NCBI GenBank assembly: GCA_963827235.1
Contig: CAWHAE010000016.1
Coordinates: forward strand, 800,001-864,000
Source: an uncultured bacterium
Lineage (GTDB): Bacteria; Chloroflexota; UBA5177; JANWHV01
Reading direction: 5' to 3'
DNA length: 64,000 nt
The translations under genes and the position numbers were made by a program. The notes below the pieces were generated by a model that was given only the letters and a program-made list of their open reading frames with translations, searched no databases and was not told where the DNA came from. The first letter of the stretch is position 1; each line of letters starts with the position of its first letter. Positions 52,452 to 63,315 of this stretch are shown piece by piece.

Positions 52452-53192
52452 TCACTGGTAGAGCGTACCGGTGTTGACCACCGGCTGCGTCGCCTGCTCG
52501 CTGCACAGCACCACGAGCAGATTCGAGACCATCGCGGCCTTGCGCTCCTCATCGAGCTCGACCACTGCCTCCTCCTCCAGCCGGGCGAGGGCCAGGCGGA
52601 CCATGCCCACCGCGCCGTCCACGATCCGCTGGCGCGCGGCCACGACCGCCTCGGCCTGCTGGCGCCGCAGCATCGCCTGGGCGATCTCCGGCGCATAGGC
52701 GAGCCGCGTGAGCCGCGACTCGACGACTCCCACGCCGGCCGGCGCCACGCGGACGGCAATTTCCGCCGATAGCTCGTGGGTGATGTCCTCCGCGTTCTCC
52801 CGCAACGAGACCTTCCCCGTTTCGCGAGCGTCATACGGATAGGACATGCCGATGTGCCGCACGGCGGTCTCCGCCTGGATGCCGACGAATTCCTTGAAGT
52901 CGTCGACGTCGAACACGGCGCGGGCCGTATCCCGCACCTGCCACACCACCACGGCCGCAATCTCGATAGGGTTGCCATCGGCGTCGTTCACCTTGAGCAC
53001 CGGCGTCTCGTGGTTGCGAATTCGGGTGGAGAGCATGCGCCGGGTGGTGAACGGGTTGACCCACTGCAGGCCGGGCGTGCGCACGGTGCCGGTGTAGCGG
53101 CCGAACAGCTGCACCACGCGTGCCTGGCCGGGACCGACCGCGATCAGCCCGCGCAACACGAGAGCGCCGGCGAGAAACATGAGGGCGTCCAC
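52452..53192 (-). CDS. SPFH/band-7 protein, probably N-terminally truncated
   Basis: [49 protein letters not shown]; no RBS and very short N-terminus abutting lacI promoter. Confidence 0.85.
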   Translation of the reverse strand: MDALMFLAGALVLRGLIAVGPGQARVVQLFGRYTGTVRTPGLQWVNPFTTRRMLSTRIRNHETPVLKVNDADGNPIEIAAVVVWQVRDTARAVFDVDDFKEFVGIQAETAVRHIGMSYPYDARETGKVSLRENAEDITHELSAEIAVRVAPAGVGVVESRLTRLAYAPEIAQAMLRRQQAEAVVAARQRIVDGAVGMVRLALARLEEEAVVELDEERKAAMVSNLLVVLCSEQATQPVVNTGTLYQ

Positions 53193-53198
53193 GATAGG

Positions 53199-53246
53199 TT
53201 GACAGTGAGACGACGTCTGGTGTAGAGTTGCCTAAGCGTTTAGGCA
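53199..53246 (+). promoter_or_regulatory. lacI promoter and LacI-type operator
   Basis: TTGACA-18-TAGAGT followed by near-palindrome TGCCTAAGCGTTTAGGCA (53229-53246). Confidence 0.8.
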
Positions 53247-53271
53247 CGCAGTGGCAAATGGAATGGCAAGC

Positions 53272-54300
53272 ATGGCGCGTGTTACATTGCGCGACGTCGC
53301 CGCAGCTTCAGGGGTCAGCATCTTCACTGCGTCGAAGGTGCTCTCCGGCCAGGCCGCCCGTGCGCGCATTTCCCCGGCGACCATGGAGCAGGTTCAGGCG
53401 GTCGCACACGAGCTTGGCTACGTGCCCAATCATACAGCGCGGAGCCTGCGTGCGAAGCGGACCGGCCAGTTGGGAGTCGTCCTCAGCTTGTTGGACGCCC
53501 GGAGCCCATCTTTGCTGCTTTCACTCGACGGCGGGTTGCTCGCCGGTTTGAGCGTCGCCGCGCGTGAATGCCAACTCCCCGCCATCGTGGTGTATCCGCA
53601 GCGAGAAGCTGCGGCTCCTCCGAACCCCTCACTGTACCTGGATGGCCGTATCGACGGCCTGCTCATCCGTTGCACGGCATCGGAGGAAGAACAGTTGCTC
53701 GAGCTGATTGATCCCGCACGTTTGCCACTCGTCGCCGTGTGGCTCCAAACTGTGCCGGATGGTGTAGGTTTCGTCGACGCCGATCACTACGGCGGGGCCT
53801 ATCGCGCCGTGCAACACCTGCTCGATCTCGGTCACCGGCGTATCGCGTTCCTGGGGCCGGCGGAGCTCGTTGCACTACATCCCCACTACCATGCGCGGTA
53901 CGCGGCTTATCGGGCCGCCCTGAAGGCCGTGGGCTCAGCCGATCTGGAAGCCTGGAATCTCGGCAGCATCGACGAGGTGCTGGCCCTGGTGCGCGCGTCA
54001 CCGCCGATCACTGCCGTGTTTGCGGCTACCGATCTCGATGCCGCGGAGCTCGCCAATGCGCTGGCAGCCAACGGCCTGCACATTCCTCACGACCTGTCGC
54101 TCGTCGGCTTCGACGACATAGTCGGCGCCGATGTGATTGCCGGCGGCCTGACGACTGTGCGACAACCGGTGCTGGAAATGGCAGTCCAGGCCGTGCGTAG
54201 TCTCCTGGCGCTGATCGAGGGCGCGGATGCCGAGACATGTCGCACCGTGCTGCCGGCACCTCTCGTCGTGCGACACTCGACCGCGCCTCCGGCAGGCTGA
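53272..54300 (+). CDS. LacI family transcriptional regulator
   Basis: VTLRDVAAASGVSIFTASKVL, LGYVPN, LVGFDD, LTTVRQP. Confidence 0.93.
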   Translation: MARVTLRDVAAASGVSIFTASKVLSGQAARARISPATMEQVQAVAHELGYVPNHTARSLRAKRTGQLGVVLSLLDARSPSLLLSLDGGLLAGLSVAARECQLPAIVVYPQREAAAPPNPSLYLDGRIDGLLIRCTASEEEQLLELIDPARLPLVAVWLQTVPDGVGFVDADHYGGAYRAVQHLLDLGHRRIAFLGPAELVALHPHYHARYAAYRAALKAVGSADLEAWNLGSIDEVLALVRASPPITAVFAATDLDAAELANALAANGLHIPHDLSLVGFDDIVGADVIAGGLTTVRQPVLEMAVQAVRSLLALIEGADAETCRTVLPAPLVVRHSTAPPAG

Positions 54301-54560
54301 CCGGCGACGGCACGTGGTCCAGGCGCCGGGTATCTGCACCACGCCCCGGAATGTCCCACGAGCCTTCGCCTTTGACGGCTCGCCCTGGTCAATGTCGCGG
54401 CGACCATGCCGTCCATGGGCAGTCCGCAGTCGGCGAGCAGCCTTGAAAGCGTCTCGTCGCACGCGGACTCATGAGGCGGCGGAGGCGCAAGGTGCCGGGA
54501 CCTCGCGCGTGAGTCGGCCAGATTGACTACGCGCCCACAACGCGCAACCACCCCAAGCTC

Positions 54561-54628
54561 TTGACAGCCGCCCACGCCAGTAGTAGAGTTGCATAAACGA
54601 TTATTCAGCGTGAGCAAACGATTAGGCA
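54561..54628 (+). promoter_or_regulatory. Promoter with two LacI-type operators
   Basis: TTGACA-17-TAGAGT, then TGCATAAACGATTATTCA (54590-54607) and TGAGCAAACGATTAGGCA (54611-54628), matching the 53229 site. Confidence 0.8.
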
Positions 54629-55426
54629 GACGTGGCTTACTAAGGGACGTGCAGTCGTGACTACAGACGGCACGGCGCGCTCATGGTGATCAGATAGCTA
54701 GGATTCATCGTTGGAGAAACGTACGTCCCCAGGTCGGAGCGCGGGGCGTCATGCGGCGAATGTAACGTACCAAGCCGCCACCTCACTGGCTTTTGGCCGG
54801 AGCCCTGCCAGGTGAGACAGAATGAACGCCGCGACCTGCTGATTACCGGCGCGGCTGTTTCGGCCATCAACCGCGCTGTTCGCACACCAGCTTCCCCGTC
54901 ATGCCACTGCCTGCAGCGCATACGTCCACCTGCGGCACGCACGGCGCTACGATGCTCCTCTGCCGCACCTGTCGCGAGCAGTGCGGCCAGCCTAGGTACG
55001 CGATCGCGACACGGCTTTGGCGGACGGCATCAAACACTGGGACGACGACCGAGGCTGTTGGTTGCGCCCGCAGGCATCGGGCTCGCGACTGCGGTCCTGA
55101 CTGGGAACCACAAGCTGCCCGTCGTCGCGCGCGATGGCGCTCTCGCCGCGGGAGGAGTGGCACTAACTTGCGAATAGGGCTGCACCGCCGTAAACGCTGT
55201 CTTGGCCGGTCCACTCGATCGTCCACTGGCGTGAGACTCGGCGCAAGAGCGTCACGATCGGCACTGCCTCGAGTGCCGTTCTTCTGAGTCGCGCAGTGCC
55301 CGTGCAGGCAGCCAGGAGGGAAAGGAGGAGGCTTCATACAGGGTTTCGTCTCAGGGAGATTCGGGCTACACAATCAGCGCGCGCTCGGATATGCAGCGCA
55401 GTAATGCAGGTGTATGGAGATTTTCG

Positions 55427-56743
55427 ATGGCCGAAGATACCGAACGTCGATTGACCAGGAAAGACATGCTCAAAGTGCTGGGCACGGGCGCAGCCATGGC
55501 TGCAGCCGCCGGGACGAGGGTAACTGCCGCGGAAGCGAAACCCGTTGCGCCTAGCGTCATTCACGCCGCTCCCAAAGCAATCAACCTTCTTTGCCAGACC
55601 GCTCCGCAGACCGAGAGCCTGCGTCGTACCGGTCAGATCTTCCAGCAGCAGACTGGTGTCAGCGTCAACATCACCGAGGTGCCCTACAACAGTCTGCAGC
55701 CCAAGATGATGACAGAGCTGATCGCCGGCAGCGGCAAGTACGACGTGTTTCCGATTACCAACGCCATGATGTACCCAGCTGCCCAATATCTGGACGACGT
55801 CAGCGCCTTGCTCACGCCCGAGCTGCGCAAGGACCTCTCTCCCGGGTCAATCGACAGCTGCCGCGATTTGAGTGGTGTGCTGAGAGCGCTTCCGCTGCAG
55901 AATTCGCTTCCCGCCAACTTCTACCGCACCGACATCTACAAGCAGCACGGACTGACAGCTCCCGCGACCTGGGAGGAGTATCTCGCCGCATGCCAAGCGA
56001 CGACGCAGGCCTCCCGACGGATCTATGGCACGCTCATCGAGGCCAGCGCGGCCGCTCCCCAGCCCGCCGTAAAGCTCCTTGGCTGGTTCTACCAAAACGG
56101 CGGGCAGTTTGCCGACAAGAACGGCAAGCCGACCGTTAACCTCGATGCGAACGTCGAAGCTCTGCAGTTCATCGTCGACCTGGTACACAAGTACAAGGTC
56201 GCGGCGCCGCAGGCGGCCGAGATGACCTACGAGGAAGTGCATACCCAGTTCATCGAGGGCCGTGGCGCCAGCGCGATCAACTGGCAATACATGGTTTCGT
56301 TGGCCAGCGATCCCAAACAGTCGGTCGTGGTGGGCAAGTTCGACGTGGCGCCCGTACCCATGCATAAGGTCAAGGCGGTGAACATCGACACGTGGATGCT
56401 CGTGATACCGAACAGCTCGAAGAGCAAAGACGCCGCCATGAAGTTCGTGGACCTGGTGCTCTCCACCGATCGTCAGATCGACCTCCTGAAGTCCGAGGGA
56501 TTGGTAGCGCGCTTCTCCGCGATGGATCCCAAGAATCCCAAGGTTCTGGCCGCCAACCCGTTCATCGCGCCATGGCTTGAAGAAATGAAGTGGGGCGTGG
56601 CGCAGCCCAAGTGGAACAACCTGGGCGAGACATTCTTCCGCCTGTCAGCGGCCATGAGTAATGCGGTGACGCTCTCCATGACACCGAAGGCTGCGCTCGA
56701 TCAGGCACAGAAGGAGATAGTGGCTCTAGTCGAAAAGCATTAG
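55427..56743 (+). CDS. Sugar ABC transporter substrate-binding protein
   Basis: GGAG RBS; Tat-like RLTRKDMLK; FYRTD, PATWEEY, TPKAALDQA. Confidence 0.9.
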   Translation: MAEDTERRLTRKDMLKVLGTGAAMAAAAGTRVTAAEAKPVAPSVIHAAPKAINLLCQTAPQTESLRRTGQIFQQQTGVSVNITEVPYNSLQPKMMTELIAGSGKYDVFPITNAMMYPAAQYLDDVSALLTPELRKDLSPGSIDSCRDLSGVLRALPLQNSLPANFYRTDIYKQHGLTAPATWEEYLAACQATTQASRRIYGTLIEASAAAPQPAVKLLGWFYQNGGQFADKNGKPTVNLDANVEALQFIVDLVHKYKVAAPQAAEMTYEEVHTQFIEGRGASAINWQYMVSLASDPKQSVVVGKFDVAPVPMHKVKAVNIDTWMLVIPNSSKSKDAAMKFVDLVLSTDRQIDLLKSEGLVARFSAMDPKNPKVLAANPFIAPWLEEMKWGVAQPKWNNLGETFFRLSAAMSNAVTLSMTPKAALDQAQKEIVALVEKH

Positions 56744-56766
56744 GATCGACGAAGCCCAACCGCGAT

Positions 56767-56796
56767 CGCGGTACGGTCCCGCGGGACCGTGCCGCG
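56767..56796. terminator. Intercistronic hairpin after SBP gene
   Basis: CGCGGTACGGTCCC-GC-GGGACCGTGCCGCG. Confidence 0.55.
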
Positions 56797-56847
56797 ACTC
56801 TCGGCCCTGTCTTGCTCGGCTTAGTCGCCAAGTTGAACGGGAGACGC

Positions 56848-57828
56848 GTGGTGCATCAGGACTCCGCTTCGCACCCGGTACTGGACGGTCCGTCCGATCC
56901 TATCGCCGGCAGGTTCGGACGAGCGGGTATACAACGGTTCGCCGCGCGGCAGCGAGAAATCGCGCTCGGCTATCTTCTGGTCCTTCCAGCCCTTATCGTC
57001 GTTGCAATCATCTTGGTCTATCCAACCGCATACAACCTCGTAATCGCGCTGCACCAGTGGTCTTGGTCCTCACCGGCCGGTACACCCAAACCGTTTGTCG
57101 GGTTACAGAACTTTCAGGACATACTGTCGATGCCCCGATTCTGGAACTCCCTGCGCATCAGCGTCCTGCTCCTGGTGTTCGCCCTGGCCATCGAATATGC
57201 TCTAGGCCTGATGCTCGCGCTGCTCCTGAACCGACGCTTTCGCGGCCAAGCACTGTTCAGAGCGGTGTTCATGCTGCCGATGGTGCTCGCCCCGGTCGTG
57301 GTTGGCATTCAGTGGCGCTACTTGCTCTCGGGCGATTTCGGGGTGCTGAACTACCTGCTGCAGCAGATCGGCATAAGCAACCCGCCGGACTGGCTCTCCG
57401 AGCCTTCATTTGGGGTACCGATTCTCGTAACGGTCGATACTTGGGTGTACCTGCCGTTCGCCACGCTCATCCTGCTTGCAGGGCTGCAGCAGGTGCCAAC
57501 CGACGTGATTGAAGCGGCGGCACTCGACGGTGCTGGGGCATTGGCCCGCTTCCGGTACGTCATTCTCTCCTATCTCGGTCCCTCCTCTGTGCTGGTGTTG
57601 TTGCTGCGCGGAACGGCGATATTCCAGACCTTCGACATCGTCTATATCTTGACCGGCGGTGGTCCGGGCCAGTCTACCGAGGTCCTGGGTTTAATGCTGT
57701 ATCACATAGCATTCAGCGAGGGCAATATGGGGCAAGCGGCGGCAATGGCGATTATCATCGGACTTCTGGGAATGGCTCTTGGCACGGTGCTGGCCAACGT
57801 CATCCGGACGGAAGTGCGCCTGTTCTGA
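56848..57828 (+). CDS. Carbohydrate ABC transporter permease
   Basis: FVGLQNF, EAAALDGA, LTGGGPGQST. Confidence 0.92.
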   Translation: MVHQDSASHPVLDGPSDPIAGRFGRAGIQRFAARQREIALGYLLVLPALIVVAIILVYPTAYNLVIALHQWSWSSPAGTPKPFVGLQNFQDILSMPRFWNSLRISVLLLVFALAIEYALGLMLALLLNRRFRGQALFRAVFMLPMVLAPVVVGIQWRYLLSGDFGVLNYLLQQIGISNPPDWLSEPSFGVPILVTVDTWVYLPFATLILLAGLQQVPTDVIEAAALDGAGALARFRYVILSYLGPSSVLVLLLRGTAIFQTFDIVYILTGGGPGQSTEVLGLMLYHIAFSEGNMGQAAAMAIIIGLLGMALGTVLANVIRTEVRLF

Positions 57829-57902
57829 TGCCATGTGGTCAATCTCTGGACTGGTGAGACTCGGAGCGAGCCAAACGGCATGATGTACGAAAGCAGAGGG
57901 AA

Positions 57903-58808
57903 ATGGTGACCGGCACTCGGGACCTTCGCCAACAGCGGCACCGCATGCTGCGGCTGAGTACCCGCGCGTTCGTGCAGGTCGCGTTCTATCTCGTGCTGAT
58001 CGTGTTCGCTGTAGTCGATCTGTTTCCCTATATCTGGGTTCTGCTCAACTCCTTCAAGTCGCAGCTCGAGATCTTTGCCTTCCCGCCGACCGGTCTACCG
58101 TTGCATCCCATCACCGATAACTACATGCAGGTGTTTGGCGTAGCTCCGCCTGGCCAGCAGCCGATTTCGGCCATCCCGTCCGGCCTGACGAACTCGATCG
58201 AGATCGACGTGGTCACGACAATAGCAGTGGTGATCATCGCAGCTCTGGCGGGCTACGCGTTTGCCAAACTCCGTTTCCCCGGACGAGGCTTTCTCCTGGT
58301 GCTGCTTCTCACCCTCCGCATGCTGCCCAGCATCGTCCTCGTCGTCCCGCTCTTTATCCTGGCGTCCAACACGCATACCTTCGATACCAAGCTCGGACTC
58401 TGCATTACCTACTCCGCGTTTAACCTGCCGTTCGCGGTCTGGCTACTCTCTGTCTTCTTCCAGGAGGTGCCGCAGGAGCTGGACGAAGCGGCACGGGTGG
58501 ATGGATGCAGCCGATTCTCCGTGCTGTACCGGATTTACGTGCCGCTTTCGCTGCCCGCTCTGGCGACGATCGCGATTCTCGTGTTTCTCAACGCATGGAA
58601 CGAGTTCCTGTTCGCCGTCGTGCTTACCTCCAGCTCGGCCTCGGCTACGGCGCCCGTGGCGCTGGCGGCCATGCAATCCGCCTTCGATACACGCTTTTCG
58701 GTGATGACGGCCGGGGCAATTGTGCAAACGCTTCCCGCCGTCATAATCGTGATCTTTGCCCAACGCTACATCATTCGCGGGTTGACACTCGGCGCCGTCA
58801 AGGGCTAG
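57903..58808 (+). CDS. Carbohydrate ABC transporter permease
   Basis: ELDEAARVDGC, WNEFLFA, RGLTLGAVKG. Confidence 0.92.
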   Translation: MVTGTRDLRQQRHRMLRLSTRAFVQVAFYLVLIVFAVVDLFPYIWVLLNSFKSQLEIFAFPPTGLPLHPITDNYMQVFGVAPPGQQPISAIPSGLTNSIEIDVVTTIAVVIIAALAGYAFAKLRFPGRGFLLVLLLTLRMLPSIVLVVPLFILASNTHTFDTKLGLCITYSAFNLPFAVWLLSVFFQEVPQELDEAARVDGCSRFSVLYRIYVPLSLPALATIAILVFLNAWNEFLFAVVLTSSSASATAPVALAAMQSAFDTRFSVMTAGAIVQTLPAVIIVIFAQRYIIRGLTLGAVKG

Positions 58809-58858
58809 AGACTTGACGATGACCATGAGGCAACCGTCAGAAAGGAAGTGAGTGAGCG

Positions 58859-60829
58859 ATGCCCGTTGGCGTCCACCTCGACCGACGAGGAATAGTCTTC
58901 GACGACACCGGCGAATGCCTGCCGCTCTACAGCGGGGCAGTGCACTACTGGCGCCTGGACCCGGCAAGCTGGCGACTCATCTTGACGCGGGTCCAAGATC
59001 TCGGGTTCCGCTGCATCGAGACTTACGTGCCATGGTCGGTGCATGAGGTAGCGCCGGGTGAGTTCGATTTCTCTGGTCATCGCGACGTCGACGCCTTTCT
59101 TCGGCTCTGCGGCGATCTCGGGTTGTACGCGATCGTACGTCCCGGACCGCACATCAACGCCGAGATCACGTACTTCGGCTATCCCGAGCGAATAATCTCG
59201 AACCCCGCGAATCAGGCGAAGACCGCATCCGGCGGGCCGTCGATCCTGGGCGTGCTGCCCACGCCATTTCCAATTCCCAGCTACTGTCCGCCCTCGTTCT
59301 TCGACGAAGTCCAGATCTGGTTTGATGCCGTCTGCCCGATCCTCGCCCGTCACCAGTATCCTGATGGCCGTGTCGTCCTGGTACAGGTCGACAACGAGCT
59401 CTCGTACTTCTTCAAGCTGACACCCTACGATGTCGACTACCACCCTGCTGCCCGAGCCCATTACCAGCAGACACTGCGCGATCGCTACGGCGACATTGCC
59501 ACGCTCAACGCGGCCTACGGAGCTGAGTACAGTGCCTTTGACGCAATCGATGCCCCAGACGACTTCCAGGCCACAGACGCGCGCGAGCTGCCACGGTACC
59601 TCGACTGGGCGGCTGCCAAGGAACGGTACATTTCCGACGGCCTGATGCGGGTTCGGGACATGCTCCGCGCGCGAGGCATTGACCGCGTACCTCTCTTTCA
59701 TAATGCGCCGCGCGAGCACCGCATCGTGCCGTTCAACCAGGTGCAGATCGAGCAGGTGGTCGACGTCCAGGGCATCGATTCTTACCACTATGCCGAGGAG
59801 TACGACACGGTAAAGCGACTGTGCCTGTACCTGGCAGGCACCTCGCGGTTGCCCTTCATTCCGGAGTTTGGGGCAGGCACCTGGCTTGCGGGCCGGATGA
59901 TCACCGAATTGGACGCCGAGACCTGCGCACTGTGCGCCCTCATGCATGGTGTGAAGGCGTTCAACTACTACATGCTCGTGGAGCGCGAGCGCTGGCTTGG
60001 CTGCGCCATCGGACGACGCGGCGACGTGCGCGAGCCAGAGGCAGGCTTCTTCCGCAAGTTGCTCCGGTTCCTTGAGACCAGCTCGTGGTCAGCCCTCGAA
60101 CGGAAGACTGACGTTCTCCTGCTTTACGCGCGAGACTACGAGCGCCACGCCTTCGCGGCCCGTCTGTTCTCGCCACCGCTCTTCTCGTATCTGCTTGGGC
60201 CATTCTCCGGACTTGGCGACCATGAAGCCTTCGCGGACAAGGACCTGGGCCTTGGCTGCATCGTTCCTCGCGTCTTGCGCGAGTGGTGGAACGGCTGCTA
60301 CACCGCGCTGACGGAGTCGCACTTCGGCTTCGCGCTGGGCGACACGGAGTGCGACACAACTTGGCTGCAGTCGTACCGTACCGTGGTATGTCCCGGCTTT
60401 GCCTATCTCTCTCGCCCTGTGCAGGAACGGCTCGCCGCTTACGCTCAGGGAGGTGGCACGCTGGTCATGGGACCGGAGCTGCCCAGGCTCGACGCGCTAA
60501 TGCAACCGTGCGACCTGCTCAAGCACGTTCCCGCGAGCCGGTTGCACGTGTTACCCAAGGGAGCTGAGATCGCGGCTACCCTCACGGCACTGGGCGTTCA
60601 GCCCGCCGCGGTGGTCGACAATCGCCACGTTGACACGGTCCTGTTCACGGCGCCGGGGCGGACCGTCGTCGTTGCGGCCAACACGACTGATACTGTGCAG
60701 GCCTATAGCCTCTCCGTCTCCGGCGCGCGCCAACTGCGAGGCGTCTGGCAGAGTGGTGTCCTGGCCGGCAACGGCGTGTTTCATGACGCGTTGCCGGCAT
60801 ATCGCATCCACGTATGGGAGGCCGAGTGA
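58859..60829 (+). CDS. GH35-like beta-galactosidase with GH42-type trimerisation domain
   Basis: SGAVHYWR, TYVPWSVHE, RPGPHINAE, QVDNE (acid/base), FIPEFGAG (nucleophile), FNYYM. Confidence 0.85.
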   Translation: MPVGVHLDRRGIVFDDTGECLPLYSGAVHYWRLDPASWRLILTRVQDLGFRCIETYVPWSVHEVAPGEFDFSGHRDVDAFLRLCGDLGLYAIVRPGPHINAEITYFGYPERIISNPANQAKTASGGPSILGVLPTPFPIPSYCPPSFFDEVQIWFDAVCPILARHQYPDGRVVLVQVDNELSYFFKLTPYDVDYHPAARAHYQQTLRDRYGDIATLNAAYGAEYSAFDAIDAPDDFQATDARELPRYLDWAAAKERYISDGLMRVRDMLRARGIDRVPLFHNAPREHRIVPFNQVQIEQVVDVQGIDSYHYAEEYDTVKRLCLYLAGTSRLPFIPEFGAGTWLAGRMITELDAETCALCALMHGVKAFNYYMLVERERWLGCAIGRRGDVREPEAGFFRKLLRFLETSSWSALERKTDVLLLYARDYERHAFAARLFSPPLFSYLLGPFSGLGDHEAFADKDLGLGCIVPRVLREWWNGCYTALTESHFGFALGDTECDTTWLQSYRTVVCPGFAYLSRPVQERLAAYAQGGGTLVMGPELPRLDALMQPCDLLKHVPASRLHVLPKGAEIAATLTALGVQPAAVVDNRHVDTVLFTAPGRTVVVAANTTDTVQAYSLSVSGARQLRGVWQSGVLAGNGVFHDALPAYRIHVWEAE

Positions 60830-61632
60830 TGCTCAGTCCGCAGGTCGAATGGTTCGACATCGATCCGGTCCAATGGCACAACATAAGCTCCCTACTCTAT
60901 GGACCCCAGCGGCGACCGACTTATCTGTATGGCGTGCTCGAGCAAGGCAGCCCCGTGGCGCTGGTGCACTCCCGCCAGGGACAACTCGATCTGAGCTTGT
61001 GGCCACGCGATGCTCACTCGCTTCAGGAAGTCGCCGTGCGCCTGCGAGAACGGACCCAGGTCGACCAGGCAATCATCCTGGAGCGTCAAGCGGTGCGCGA
61101 TCTGTGGGACCAGCAGCAGCAAGCCTGGGAGCCGGGCGATGACTTGGCCGGGTTTGTCGCTCGAATGCGTATGCTGGCTGCCCAGATGCTCGACGCGCGA
61201 GCCGCGTGCGAGCCGACCGGAGCTGTGCTGAGCGACTATCGCCAGGTGGAGTACTCGGCCATGTTTGATCTCTTGCGCCGGGGCGCGGGTGCTGCGGGCA
61301 CCTTTGTCGTCGGTGTCTACGACGGTGACATGCTATGGTTCAGCCTAGCAGGGCAATTGGCCGATGGAGAAATCGTTCTGCTGACAACCAGCCTAGGGTT
61401 GGCCGATCCCGGAAGTGCTCCGCCTCGCAAGACTCGGATAGAGGCGTATCGCTGGCTACTGGAGGCGTGTGCCCGGCGCCTGGGGCCTCCCAGCCTCGGC
61501 GTATTTCTAGACATCGAGGTGGCAAGGATGCTTCCGTTTAGCGCCGACCCGGCTCGCGCCCTGCGCGAAGGCGTGAAGAGTGGCCTGGCCCTTATCGAGC
61601 CGGGGCCGGCCGCGTTGCGCAGCGGTGAGTGA
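60829..61632 (+). CDS. Hypothetical protein translationally coupled to the glycosidase
   Basis: TGATG overlap with GGAGG RBS; MLSPQVEWFDIDPVQWHNI...; globular composition, no recognised motif. Confidence 0.75.
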   Translation: MLSPQVEWFDIDPVQWHNISSLLYGPQRRPTYLYGVLEQGSPVALVHSRQGQLDLSLWPRDAHSLQEVAVRLRERTQVDQAIILERQAVRDLWDQQQQAWEPGDDLAGFVARMRMLAAQMLDARAACEPTGAVLSDYRQVEYSAMFDLLRRGAGAAGTFVVGVYDGDMLWFSLAGQLADGEIVLLTTSLGLADPGSAPPRKTRIEAYRWLLEACARRLGPPSLGVFLDIEVARMLPFSADPARALREGVKSGLALIEPGPAALRSGE

Positions 61633-61968
61633 TCACTGCCGATCGGCCGCATCTGGCCGCGTGCTCCTGACCGCAGAGCATCGGTCGCCACGACGGTCGT
61701 CGCTGGATGTTCTCTGCCTGCCCGCCGTTCCGTGCGATCCATTGAAACTAGAGGCCCGGAGAACCGAGACGGTCCTCCGGAAGCACTCGGCTGGACACGG
61801 CAACCTTTGCGCTATATAGTTGTGCCAGTATCGTCTTGGATATCGTGACCTGAGCCGCGAGGCCCAGTGTGTCGCGAGTGACCGGCGTCGGTGAACTGCC
61901 GTCGGCGGAACTTGGCGTCCATAAGGGCCGAGCTCCGGACAAGCTGGTGCATGGTGCGGAGGTGCAGT

Positions 61969-62748
61969 GTGACACTCCTTGGTAGTCGTTCGATCCCAGC
62001 TCGGCTCCTGACGATAGCGACGTGCGCAATGCTGCTTGTCCTCACCCCGGCCGCTACCCCTGCAAGGGCCACCGTGTATCGCCAGCAGCAGTGGAGCGGC
62101 ACGCTGTCCGAGAAGACGGTGCTGAACACGTCTCAGCAGCAGCCCGCCGAGGTCGCACTGGCGTACGGCGTGCTCAAGGGAACCGAAACGGATACCGACA
62201 AGGTCAGCGAGACGCTTACGATCCATGTCGACCACGGCATGGCGACGGGTACCTTCTCCTACGTGGGAGTGGTGACAGAGCGAACGAGTGTCCGGGGGAA
62301 GGTGGGCTGCCGCCGCCTCGGATGGAAACGAGTCACCCGTTCGCAGACATCGACACAGACCGTGACCCGGACATACGAGGGCAGCGGCCCCGTCTCGTTT
62401 GGTGTCGGCGATGGCAGCGCACTGGACGGCTCCTATACTATCTCGTCCGGAGCGCCGACCGGCAAGGGTACCGTCACGATCAAGAATTCCTCACAAATGA
62501 GCGACTCGTGCTCGGAGCCGTCGACCACTCCAATCAAAGACACCAGCCAGAGCTACGCGGACACCTTGGGCGGTTTCAACATCAGCGCGGTTGGGCATCT
62601 CGAGCAAAGCACGAAACACCATTACCCCGGTCTCGATTCAATGCTCAGACTTACCGGCAAGGTGATCACATATCTCCCGGCCGATCATGGCACGAACATC
62701 AAGACGCAAGAATGGACGTTGACCCGGACGTCAGCACCGGGTGCTTGA
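61969..62748 (+). CDS. Secreted Thr/Ser-rich hypothetical protein
   Basis: GGAGG RBS, signal peptide ending ...TPARA, beta-rich mature part with two Cys. Confidence 0.65.
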   Translation: MTLLGSRSIPARLLTIATCAMLLVLTPAATPARATVYRQQQWSGTLSEKTVLNTSQQQPAEVALAYGVLKGTETDTDKVSETLTIHVDHGMATGTFSYVGVVTERTSVRGKVGCRRLGWKRVTRSQTSTQTVTRTYEGSGPVSFGVGDGSALDGSYTISSGAPTGKGTVTIKNSSQMSDSCSEPSTTPIKDTSQSYADTLGGFNISAVGHLEQSTKHHYPGLDSMLRLTGKVITYLPADHGTNIKTQEWTLTRTSAPGA

Positions 62749-63315
62749 GCGGCAGATCCACCGGGTACCGTGGAATTGCACCGCGCGGTGCCAGATGCGG
62801 TCCGCACTGAGCCGTCCCCGGAACGCGCGGCAGCAGGAGATATGGGTGCGTTATTCGCGCCGGCCCGCTACCTGAACGAACCCTGTCGCCGGCAACCCAT
62901 CCCGCGTGCCTGCCGGAGCATTTGTCCCTACATCTGGGTCGCGGCCTGCACGCGCACCCGGCTGACGGCCAGGTGGCACTGCCTACACAGCGCGTAGCCG
63001 TTCTGGATCCGGGCGTGCACCGCCAAGCCACCCTGCTCGTCGCCACCGCCGGTGCGCTCGAGCATCGACCATGACTCGGTCGGTCCGCCACGAAACTCAC
63101 CCAGGCGGTCTGCGTGCGCCATGGACGCCGCGTACCGCAACGCCTGCACAAGGCCGGCGAGCTCGCTCACGGGCAGGACATCGGCAAGGGCCGCCAGCGC
63201 CAGATCGAGCGCTTGGGCAATCGCCGCCGCATCCAGCCCAACCGGCTCGCAGCGCACGGCGGCTATACTGTCTGATGCAGCCGGCTTGATGCCGCGGTGA
63301 GGAGGAGTACGGTCG

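Noticed and set aside
62928-63300. Minus-strand helical ORF segment with CRQC
   Set aside because: No clear start or RBS, upstream part overlaps the nitrilase gene, no recognisable family
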